Shown here one piece after another: positions 1 to 10,825 of a stretch of DNA of 64,000 bases (the stretch's first letter is position 1; each line of letters starts with the position of its first letter). Below the pieces are notes generated by a model that saw only the letters and a program-made list of their open reading frames with translations, did not search any database and was not told the DNA's origin. Source of the stretch: Psammoneis japonica (lineage: Eukaryota); NCBI GenBank assembly GCA_008632985.1, contig QPGO01000192.1, positions 62,001 through 126,000 on the forward strand, read 5' to 3'. The position numbers and the translations under genes were made by a program.

Positions 1-251
1 TCTGAAGGTCTGGGTTGACTCTTCTGGCTCCCTTTCAGTTTGTGGCCTGGAAAAAATGGGGGTTTTGGAATTACACGTGGAAGCACGGCGTTAGCAGCTG
101 GCCAGACACATTGAACATCTCGAGACTCATTAGACACTGACACGGCAATGGACAACTTGCCGTACAGTATGCCGTTCCTTCTTTAACTTCTTTTACGGCG
201 TCGTTCCCCGAATACTGCATTAGCTTGTCGCTGCATTTGTTAGTCATCAAA

Positions 252-797
252 ATGCCTCCACAAAGAAACCAGTCAAGCAACGAAAAAATCGTTTTGCCGG
301 AGCGAGAATACGGCTACGCAACAAAACCTTACGAATGGAGCGAATTGATTGACATTATTGAACGACAACAAAATCTAGCAAAACTTGCAAGGAGCGTGAA
401 GCAAGAAGAAGAATACCAGCTTTACCGACGGCAGATCCATAAAGAATGGAAATCGATGTTTGATCACGTTTTGCATTCCAAATTCTCATTTGAGAAACGC
501 CGAACCCAACAAGACGTGTGGGAGGCCTTTCCGCCGCTATCACAAGTCACGGCAATACGAAAAATACTTGTTCCAAACGATTTCCCATACTATAATTCTC
601 CAGGCATTGAGCACTGGGTACTATGGCAAATCAATCAGGATATTCGGAAGGAGGATATTATTCAGGCCAAGGCCGATTTACGTAAAATGCTCGGAGATGT
701 GAAGGACCTGCTTCATTGGGTCAATCCGCCTCATTTAAAGAGCTTGCCAGAGATTGATCATGTTCACATTCTGTGCCTGCGAAGTGATTCAGAATAG
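252..797 (+). CDS. DUF3605 / GIG1-like protein (HIT-like fold)
   Basis: ATG at 252 within ORF 225..797; family motifs 'PNDFPY', 'IEHWVLW' and 'WVNPPHLKSLPEIDHVH'. Confidence 0.8.
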   Translation: MPPQRNQSSNEKIVLPEREYGYATKPYEWSELIDIIERQQNLAKLARSVKQEEEYQLYRRQIHKEWKSMFDHVLHSKFSFEKRRTQQDVWEAFPPLSQVTAIRKILVPNDFPYYNSPGIEHWVLWQINQDIRKEDIIQAKADLRKMLGDVKDLLHWVNPPHLKSLPEIDHVHILCLRSDSE

Positions 798-880
798 GCT
801 CTCTATTGTGCTTGAGATTAAAGGAAGACGAAAGTAGTAGCATATTGTAAAGACGCAAGTCTGCCGTGCGTAGCTTGTCC

Positions 881-3800
881 TTACGCGTCGATTGGCACTC
901 TTGCACCACTAGCACCGGCTTGCATTGGTGACGCCGAACCATTTCTAAGAAACTCTTTGGCGATGATTGTAGGTACTGATTCGACAAGTCCACAACAAGA
1001 TTCTGCAATCTGCGCGAGAAATGAGCCTTCCATATCCAGAGCCGTTGCCAACACTTGATCAGTCTCGTCGTCACCGTCGTTGGGCCAAAGAAGTGCACGG
1101 GTCAAGGCCGCACATGCTAGCCGCTTTCGGCTGACTGTTCTGCCTTTTATCCCTAGCCGCTCTTTAAGCCAAGAGACGAGCCAAGGCGTTCCGGAGTGAG
1201 ACTCATCGAGGCGGAGCCAAGTCCGGAAACACGACCGAGCTGCAAACACAGGATCCACCCTTCCACGCTTGTGGGAACTGTCGAATTCGCCATACGTTTT
1301 GACACTCAGGACATGCTCATCCAAAAGCCAGAGAATGTGACGGTGGCCATCCTTTAAAGTGAAACCGTCTTGAGCTTCCTTGCCGTTTGAGGAGTTCAGC
1401 GTTGTACTAGAATCAGACGACAGCCGGTGGCCCAAAAGGAAGGCTTCAGCATCGTCCATGTTCATACCCGCTCCCTTGATTAACACATCGCAACACTTTA
1501 GCACCAATCCATCGCGCCCTCCAATTAAATTTGCTCCCGCTGACACGTTGCCAGACACGACGCAAAGCCTCATTATTGTCTTGCCATCAAATGCAAAAAC
1601 AGGCTCCTCCGCTTCCTTTCGTCCTGCCAGATAGCATGCAGCATCCAGTAAGGACTGGGAGGAAACGCGAGAATCATCTCGCCATGCTTCGTTTCTCTGT
1701 TTCAAAAGGAGTAGCGAAGAAATGAACAAATCGTAATCGAGCCCCCCGCGTTCTGGTTCCGCGATAAGCGCTCCTTGGAGATTTCGGACTTCCTCCAAAT
1801 GCTTCTGGACGCCATCACTGTCGTTAGCAACTATTGTCGAGTCTGCATGAAACCCTTCCATTTGACAGCCTGTATTGTCCAGGCAAGCAGTACAAAGCTG
1901 CTTTAAGAAGAGAGTAGGAACCGCTACAGTCGATCCTTGAGCCTCGATAGAGTGGCGAACGCATTTTAATATCCAAGAGCGCACTTCAGCCTCCCGTATT
2001 AGCGGGTAACGTCCATCGATTTCAATGAGAGACAGAGCCAGCTGCGTTTCGAGCTCAAGAGACGACCAATATCGATTACGAGATTCGTCGTCAATTAGGT
2101 TCAAGAGGATCTTGGCTGCGTCGTTCGATGACGAAAGTATTGTCTTTACGAGCACTGTACAAAGCATAAGGGGAGGTGGTGATGAACCTGATGTTTGCTC
2201 TGAGCGGGGGCTGCTTCTTAATTCGTCAGGGATTGCTTCATTTAGAAGTAGTAATGAGTTCAATAGGTAATCTCGACTTGTCGCCACTTGAAGCAAACAT
2301 CTCACTGGCCACAGAAGATCCATCGTTTTTTCGGCATCGCTGTCGCTCTCTTGGTACTTATGACCCATGACGGACTTTAAAACGACCTTGTCCCCTGAAA
2401 GCGAGCATGCGGCAGTGGCAGCAAGCATCAAACTGGTGCGTGCGGGATCGTATGCTTCGTTCCGTTCTAAGAAACCCTCTAGAGTCGTGGACATCATTAA
2501 CCCGCCCTTGACTAAGCATCCCACTGTCATATCTGCAAGCTGTGTTACTGTTGAAATCGCCCGTCTGGAGAGCTGGTGAGTCTGTGAATCTGCTTCTGCA
2601 TCCAGATCAAGAGGGGTGATACCATCTAGCAAGCCCTCAAGGTTCAAGCGAATGTCTGCAACGTCGATACTATCCATTGTTTGGCGTAAATTTCTCAGGG
2701 AGTCGACGTCTCCAAGCAAGTCCAAAGCAATGCTGGACGCGGTGAAATAGTCCTGATCTTGACAGAGCCATGACAAGACTTGATCGAACGGAGTAGATTG
2801 GCCGTTTTCAATAAATATTTTCCGAAGACTGAGCAAGAATAAATCACCAGGTTGCGACCCAAGTCGAACAGTCAATTCTGGAGCTGTATATTATGAGAAG
2901 TGTAGAAATCGCATGAAACAATAGGCAGCTTAGAAAAGCACTTAACAGATCGAAATGATAATCGCACCGCAGATAATCATTAGGATTCCGCACCTTGTCT
3001 CCCGAGCTTTGACCGATTCTCCACGGTGTTCTCCAGCTTCTCCCAACTAGCGCAGTGGCGGTAGAGGCGTCTAGATTTTTCTTTGTGAGAAAGAGACATG
3101 GCTCGGTGTCGCCGTGGTGGAATCGATTCATTCAGTATTCCACCAGCTTCGCCGTAGGGCAGACTCGATATGCTTTCTAAAGCGTGAACAAGAGTATTGT
3201 CTACACCAGAATCCTCGACTGGATGCCCCTCTTCCTCTTCGTGTATATTTTCTTCGATCATGTTGTCGTACTCAGATGTAAAAGGCAATCCCAGATTCAC
3301 TGATTTGTTCAGATTGTGGTCTTCTGACGCATCCTGTATTCCAACATGGGACGTGTGGAACGGATAGAGCGACAACATACCGCTACATGCGGGCATACCA
3401 CCTAGGTGATTCTTGTTGGCGTGGATTTCCGAAATGAACGCGCCACTTGATTCTGTAGTTCCATCCCAACAAACAAAGTAAAGCTGCTTCGTGGATCCAA
3501 CGAGTGACCAACCCTGTGCATTCAAAAGCAATTTGCACCAGAAAAAAATCAAAGGGCGAACCAAAGCAAAACAAGCGTTCGCAACCAAGCGTCTCTCCCC
3601 GGCAAACGTACCTGGCCAATGTGACAAAATAATGACTTTGAGTTTGGTTCCGCTCGAGGTAGCAATCTAGCAACATGACCTGGATGATGCATGGTTTGAA
3701 TTGTCAATGTCCGATCGTTGCTGCTTCCTTTTCCAGGAAAGCCCCGGGTCGAGCCGATGTAATTCGCTGCGAACTCAAGGGCACGCAGAGAGTAGAGAGC

Positions 3801-5984
3801 AATTGAGGCACTACCGCTGTCATCCATCTGGGTATCATACATGACAGCAATGCTTGGAGGGGTTGTATGTGTAGATGATACCGCAATGGGAGTAACACGT
3901 GAAGTGGAAGAACTGTATTCCTCGAGGATTGGAATCTCAATCGGTAACAGGTGAAACCGTCTCACGGTGCACAGCTGCTTTCGTTTGCGTTTGGCAGCGC
4001 CCCCGTCCACTCCCAAATCAGAGATAGGAGTCATCGTTAGCGTATCTTCCTCCTCTAGAAGCGTGCTGCTACTGTTTGTCTTTAGCAGTTGAGGGGACGT
4101 GAGGGAGGGAGCCTCTCCACATCTAGTGGTGACAATGTTGGACGAATCCACTCGAATGGCCACAGCCAAAGAGCCTGTGACAGTTTGGACTGGATCTCCA
4201 TCTCCCAGTACAAGAAGAAATGACATACCGCCCCAAACTACAGGAGAGAGCTTCTTGGGTACGAAGGGTAGGTACACAGTCCGAACCTCAGCATCATGCC
4301 TCAGGGAAAGAAAGGTGACAAATCCACCATTCTCCTTACGTTCTATCCACTTTGATGAAGATCTCTTAATAGATCTCACGGAGGTTGATGCTGGCTCCTT
4401 ATCCCACTCGCGGTTATTCATGGTCGGTTCTGGGTGTGCACCTTCGGCCCAATCTGGAGTTTCTTGAGCACTTTGCCGGGTGGTCGAGGGGCTAGAATCT
4501 TTCCACCAGTCGGCGCTCTCGCCACCTTCGCCTTTGCTTGTTGACTCCTCTAGAGAGAACTCTGTTGCCGTAGGTGTGTCACCTGTGGGCTGTGGTAGAG
4601 GTTCCTCTTCTTGAGGCGTGTCCCGAACCTGCTCCACCTCCGTCGTATTGCTCTGCTCTGTCCTCTTAGGTTTGTTTCGTCGCTTTCTTCGCCGTCGACG
4701 AATTCCTCGTCCACCGACTACTACATATTCAAAGACGTTTGCACATAATGAGGGCGAATTGTCCACGGTACGAAAGTGTGCAGATGACGGTTCCACATTT
4801 GAATCCCACACAGATCCATCCCACCAGTTCAGGTTCTTCGTGTGCTCCTTCTCATTCTCAACGTCCTGGATTCGCTCATCCTGTTCTTCCTGTGAAGATT
4901 CCTTCATATCCAATACGTTTTCTTGATGTTTCTTACTTTGCTTTTTCATTGGGACAGACAACGGAATGGTGGAAACTGGTTTGCTTAGCGGTAGTATGCT
5001 TGCCAACACTTGGTGGTACACATCTTCTCCCAAGAACAATGAAGCCAATGCACCCATCATTTGATCTTCTGGTTCTGACAGTGCTGTTTCAAAAAGAGGC
5101 GGTACATTGTAAAAGTAAACAGTTCCGTTGTTGGTGAGACAAACCAGGACAAGATCCGTCCGAATGTCGTCGGTGTAATTTTCCTGCGCGTCGGGTGATG
5201 GTGAATCCTCGATTATTGTGTCTCGTTCATCGGTTTGTGGCAAAGAAAACGACGATGATACAGTAGTAGAAGGCCCACCTAATCCCAACGACATCATGGA
5301 TACAACATCCAAAGCATCTACAGCCGTGTTGCTTGTAGAGGGTGGTGGACGCCGACACAATGCGATCGATACAAGTCCATCCTGCAACTTCACCTGTGCT
5401 CGCTTTGGTGTTTGTTTTTTCTTTGGAAAGAAGGCATACCATGGCTTATCGCTTGTTTCATTCGATGATTCCTCATGTTGCCTGCTATTCTGCTTATGGG
5501 TGGGGTCGTCGCTTTCGTGCTCATGTTGTTCACTCAAGGCAGCTCCTGGCCATCGCAACGTTCGGGTACTAATTCGCTCCAACAAGTTGTCATGATTGCT
5601 GCTGTTTTCGATATCATTATAACTGCTTTCACTTTCACTGTCGCTTTCTCCTTTAGACTGATATTTCATCAATTCCATTAACAGAACATCACCCACAGAA
5701 TCGTCACAAGTTTTAGATGAAAACAGAGATACAGTCAGAAAAAAGGTAGTTGAATTTTCGTCGTTGCCGGGACTTGTGTACGACAAGAAATTTTGAAACT
5801 CTTCCAGTACAACTTCTGCCGAAGTGCTACAAAGAGGAGCGCCGAGGGAAGGCTTGTTTTCGTTAGCTTGAGAAGCATCTATTGGTGCCTGCCATTGAGG
5901 ACGTTTCCACTCGTACTGCCACGGTCGCCGGGTCGTCATGGTCAAGGATTTGACAAGACTTGTATCCTTTGCGTCATGGCGCAT
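881..5984 (-). CDS. Large 3-exon protein of unknown function (~1630 aa); exons 5984-3612, 3513-2994, 2877-881
   Basis: Three long minus-strand ORFs join in frame through GT..AG introns 3611-3514 (CAG|GTACGT ... GCACAG|GGT) and 2993-2878 (G|GTGCGG ... TCCAG|AA). Start may instead be the MTTRRPW ATG at ~5939. Confidence 0.75.
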
Positions 5985-6000
5985 GTGGTTCGTTCATGGA

Positions 6001-6316
6001 CACTCTCCATCGTGAGTCTATGCGTCGACCGTTGTCGTGTGCGCGCACACCCGAAGTCTCCTCATGGACTCTCGCGGAAGTAAGACGGACGATGTACCAG
6101 GGTCGTATGTAGGCGATTTGTTACCGTGCCCTCCTGGTATGTTTCGTGTAGAATTCTCCGTAGAAAAGTTTTTTGCGTATGTAGAAACATACGGGGATTC
6201 CGGAGGCATCGTAACAAACCGTCCGTCTGACTTCCGCGAGAGTCTATGAGGAGACCTTCGTGTGCGTGCGAGCGCGCGCGAAGAACGGTCGACGCATAGA
6301 CTCACGATGGAGAGTG
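6001..6316. mobile_element. MITE, 316 bp, ~100-bp TIRs, 9-bp TSD
   Basis: Left end CACTCTCCATCGTGAGTCTATGCGTCGACCGTT is the exact reverse complement of 6284-6316; perfect direct repeat GTTCATGGA at 5992-6000 and 6317-6325. Confidence 0.92.
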
Positions 6317-6458
6317 GTTCATGGAGGCGCACCCCTGTGGTAGGGGAGAATATGGTGATGTCATGGTTACGTGGCAGTTTATATCTTATTCATTATATTT
6401 TTGTGTAAATGTCCTCACATTTATTTATGCATTTGTACACAAATGCTAACAGCAGCAG

Positions 6459-8610
6459 GAAAAATCCTGAACCACATTCTCCCCTGAAACTCCAACCACC
6501 AAAAACCGAGGGGTCGGAAGCGCACTTTTGGGAGCTCTTTTTCTCCGCACAAAAAACACGCGTCGACTCGACCATGACGACCTCCCATTCTTCGTCCCCC
6601 ACACCACCTGATGCATCCCCGCCTGCCATGTCTGATGCGGCAGTCCCTCCTGCATTGGCCGGTGCCGTCACACCCGCTGTCGTCACCCAAACACAGCCGA
6701 TTTGCCATCCGGAGGATTTGGGCTTCTGTTCGCCGGATCCTGTGCCTAAAACACAAACACAGCGCCGTGATTGGTCTGCTCCTGTCATTGCGTCCCCGGA
6801 GAAACTGGATTCTCGTTCGCATCGCCGTGTTGTGGAAGGTGCTGATGAGCCTTCTCTCAAACGGTCTGGGGTGCAGCTCCGAAACCAGGTCAAAAAACAA
6901 AAGCAACAAACCGACGTCAAGGTTCAGTGGGTGTGGCAGAGGAGCATCTATGACAGGAGGTGTGGTGATGACCTTTCTCAGGATGATTGTTCCTGAGCAG
7001 AACCTTGTCCATCTGGAGGTGATTGAGACTCACCCAGAGCCCAGCGGAACCAATCGGAGCCAACAACAAGTGTCAAGATGAACCGCAGCAACATGTGAAG
7101 GAGGACGCAGCTGATGGAGTGCGGGCAGAGAAGGTGCCGGCATGCAAAGTGGCAGCATGGCTGTCGACAAGGCACTGGTTTTGAAGGTCCAACAGTGACA
7201 AACACAGTGAGCATTTGCCAAAAGCACGTTGCTGTCTGCCTCCATTTTGGCAACATGCAAAAACAGCATGTTGCACATCACATGCAGAATTCAAACGGCG
7301 AGAGTGGCCTCTTGTGGAATTGCACACAATGACCTGGTCCTGGAAAACAGAGCAGTGTCCAAGTCACATGCACCATTTGAAACCTTGCCAAGTCGCCTGC
7401 AAACAAATGCCAGTTCGCTGACCTCTCCAACTTGAAACTAAAAAACTGTGAAAGCATGCCTGCCACCCAATTGTTGTCAGGTTTCTAATTTACAGAGAGC
7501 TGCATGATGTGTCTGTGTGTTCTAAAGATCAGACTGCACTCGAGAGCTGACCAAGAGGCACCATTCATGTCCATTGATGTGTCGTCCATCAGCAGGCCGT
7601 GGTTGCGTGGGTTTCCTGGTCCGCTGTCATCCGTCATCCATTGTGTTCCTTCCAAAGCAAAAACAACAACAGCATCAACAGCAACTGCAGCAGCAAGGGC
7701 AGGATCAACAGTGTCGGGCATGCCAGGGGGCCGAAATGCAGGTGCGGCGTTGGAATTCGTGACAGCATCTGTGGGAGGCGGTGGGGCGAGAATGAAAGAA
7801 GTGTGAGTTACAAGCATTTCGTTGTGGACGTCATTGGCAAAAGACAACAACAGTGTCAACAGCACCTGCGGCAGTGAGGGTGGGAGTGACAGCATCGGGC
7901 ATGCCAGGGGGCCGAAACGCAGGTGCGGCATTGGAATTCGTGATGGCATCTGTGGGAGGCGGTGGGGCGAGAATGAAAGAAGTGTGAGTTGTTGGCATTT
8001 CATTGTGGACGTTGTTGGCAAAACACAATGACAGCATCAACAGCACCTGCGGCAGCAAGGGCAGGAGCAACAGTGTCGGGCATGCTGGGGGGCCGAAACG
8101 CAGGTGCGGCGTTGGAATTCGTGACAGCATCTGTGGGAGGCGGTGGGGCGAGAATGAAAGAAGTGTGAGTCATTGGCATTTCATTGTGGACGTCATTGGC
8201 AAAATGCAATAACAGCATCAACAGTGCCTGCGGCAGCAAGGGCAGGAGCAACAGCATCGGGCATGCTGGGGGCCCGAAATGCAGGTGCGGCGTTGGAATT
8301 CGTGATGGCATCTGTGGGAGGCGGTGGAGCGTGCAAACAACAGTGTGAGTTTGTAGCATCTTATTTTGTACGTGTCACACCCACGAGAACCGGAACAATG
8401 ACATCACCTGTTGCATCAGTGTTGTTGGCAACGGTGTCAGCAGGATCGGCATCCTGGGAAGGCGATGGGGAAGAACCACGAGGCATCATCATGGTCGAGT
8501 CGACGAAACGCGTGTTTTTTGTGCGGAGAAAAAGAGCTCCCGAAAGGCGCTTCCGACCCCTCAGTTTTTGGTGGTTAGAGTTTTAGGGGAGCTGTGGAAC
8601 AGGAATTTTC
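6459..8610. mobile_element. Degenerate long-TIR DNA transposon (Mutator-like organisation), non-autonomous
   Basis: ~130-bp imperfect inverted repeats (6459-~6590 vs ~8480-8610) starting GAAAA(A/T)TCCTG; each TIR ends in an inward-facing ...GTCGACTCGACCATG; no TSD found. Confidence 0.75.
7650..8330. repeat. Tandem repeat, 181-bp unit, ~3.7 copies
   Basis: GTGGGAGGCGGTGG recurs at 7771, 7952, 8133 and 8314. Confidence 0.92.
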
Positions 8611-9030
8611 ACTTGTGGAACATGCACATCCGTGTGGACATTGACATTAAAACTCAACGCACGGCGAAGCCGTGCACGCACAACCACGCACACACACAGC
8701 TCCCCCACCACAGGGGTGATGGAGGCGTGGTCTGCAGCAGAGGTGAGATGCAAGATGCCCGAAGCATCACAAGCAGCAGGCGGAGGCCAGACGTTGTTTC
8801 CGCGGCAAAGTCGGTCTCGCTCTACCAGCCACACACGCGCAGCCAGGATTTCAGCCACCTCCAACAATCAACAGCTCCGGCCATTTGACATCTGCTTTGC
8901 ACCGACATGGAATCTCCTGCAGAAGTGCATGACCTTGCATGTGGTGCACAAGCATTTTGATGATCCTTGTGTTTGTAGAGTGCAAATGAGCTGATTGCAA
9001 GTGCACCGCCTCTGCAGGGGATGGTGAGAG

Positions 9031-9592
9031 AGTCCAGCGAGAAAGTTTGCATGACCCCCCAGGAACGCAAGGGAAACAAGTTGTGTGGTCAGCAGAAATG
9101 CAGTGAAAATGTTTGCACCCCCAAGGAACCCCCGCGAAAAGTTTGCATTCCCCCAGGAACGAACCCCCGTGAAAGTTTGCATTCCCCCAGGAACGCAGTC
9201 GCGGAGGAACCACCGAGAAAGTTTGCAGCCCCTGCCCAGGAATGCAGTCGCAAGGAAAACTTTGTGCAGCAACCCCCAACCCCGCCCAAAAATTTTCATC
9301 CCCCAAGGAACTCCGGTGAGAAGTTTGCAGCCCCCCAGGAACGCATTCGCGAGAAATGGCATCAGGGTCACAGTGGAAAACTTTGTGTCCCCCCAGGAAC
9401 CCCGTGAGAAAGTTGGTGTCCCTCGAGGAACCCCGGCGAGAAAGTTTGTAGCCCCCCATGAATGCAACCGCAAGAAGTTTGTCATCAGGAATCACAGTGG
9501 CACTCTCCATCGTCCGTCACGATGGAGAGTGTCACAATGGAGAATTTGGCATCCCCCCGCCCAGGACCCCCGCGAGAAAGTTGGCATCCCGT
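9031..9592. repeat. Array of degenerate ~30-bp units (CGCGAGAAAGTTTGCA...CCCCCAGGAAC), probably transposon subterminal repeats
   Basis: More than a dozen same-orientation copies of GAAAGTTTGCA / CCCCCAGGAAC. Confidence 0.75.
9501..9531. mobile_element. 31-bp minimal derivative of the 6001-6316 MITE family
   Basis: CACTCTCCATCGT-CCGTC-ACGATGGAGAGTG; flanks TCACAGTGG / TCACAATGG form a 9-bp TSD with one mismatch. Confidence 0.8.
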
Positions 9593-10825
9593 GAATGGCA
9601 CTGCTGGCAACCACCAGACTACAGAGCTGAATGTTGCATGTGGGATTCAATGGATGTGATGCAACTGTGTGCATGTGCTCTTTAATTGGTGTCTAAAAAT
9701 CTTGTTCAAAAATGAGAATGACCCTCACCAAAAATTCGACGCGAAAAACGACACGGCCGTGGCGACAAAAGCTGCTCGAGTTGATCCCACAGTTTGACAT
9801 GCTAGAAAACCAAGGCATGAATTGATGCATCTTGTCAATTGGTTGTTGCACTTGCACAGTGCACATGACAAAAACAATCCCCTGCAGAAACCCATGCAAA
9901 TTCTGCACAAAAATGAAATCTCCAATCAACGACCCTGTCACAAACGGTGACCGGCAATGCTGCACAAACAACCTCAACAATCAACCAACATGTCACAAGG
10001 TTTGACAGACAATGAATGAGATGACCACACATCAACAAAAGTGCCACACCACACAAACGACAATGACGGTGAGCGGGTCATTGTCGACACAGCAGATTTG
10101 TGTGACTCTGATGGACACAGATTGAGAATTTCATGCTGTGGGGTAAAAGTGAAGACACACGGGCAGACAAAAAAAGCACGACCTTCAGTCATGCATGTCA
10201 GAGCATGCTTGGAAGAGAATGTCCAGGGAGAGCAAAGTGACAAAAGAAGCAAAAGCGGCTTTGCAAGAACAGCTCAAAAAGTGGTCGATTTTTGGTCCAA
10301 AAAAGACGGGGGGTTGGCTGCCCCGCAACAGACAACCATTGCAATCTCTGTGTGAAACAAGGAAAGAAACCTGATTTGGTGTTCCTCCAGCAAATTTTCT
10401 GGAGGGTGGCATTTTTCTCTGCATGCGGTTCTGTGGGGCATGAGACTCCTCATGAAAGAAAGGAACAACCTTGAGCAAATCATGCTGCAGTTGCTAAGAA
10501 TTGACAAAGTGCAACAGAAAAGTGTTGTTGTGGCAATCAACAGGAATCTAGAAATTGTGAGGGTTGCTCTGCACCACCCACCAATTGGGCAACAGTGGTG
10601 GTCTTCACCAAATGGTCCCAAAGCTTGTTTTTTGGTGACAGCATGGCCAGAATCACTCAGTCCCCTTGAGCTGACACCAGCCCCAGTTGGGTCAGTTCAA
10701 CATGTCCTTTGCCTTCTTCATTGCCGCCCTGTTCCAGGTGCAATCCAAAATGTCAAATCGGGGTGGGCAAAACCCCTCCATTTTGGAGAGGACAATCCCG
10801 GCTTGTCCATTTTGGACAGGCCAAC

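Noticed and set aside
9031..9592. CRISPR-like array
   Set aside because: Degenerate repeats without unique constant-length spacers, no cas genes, eukaryotic context.
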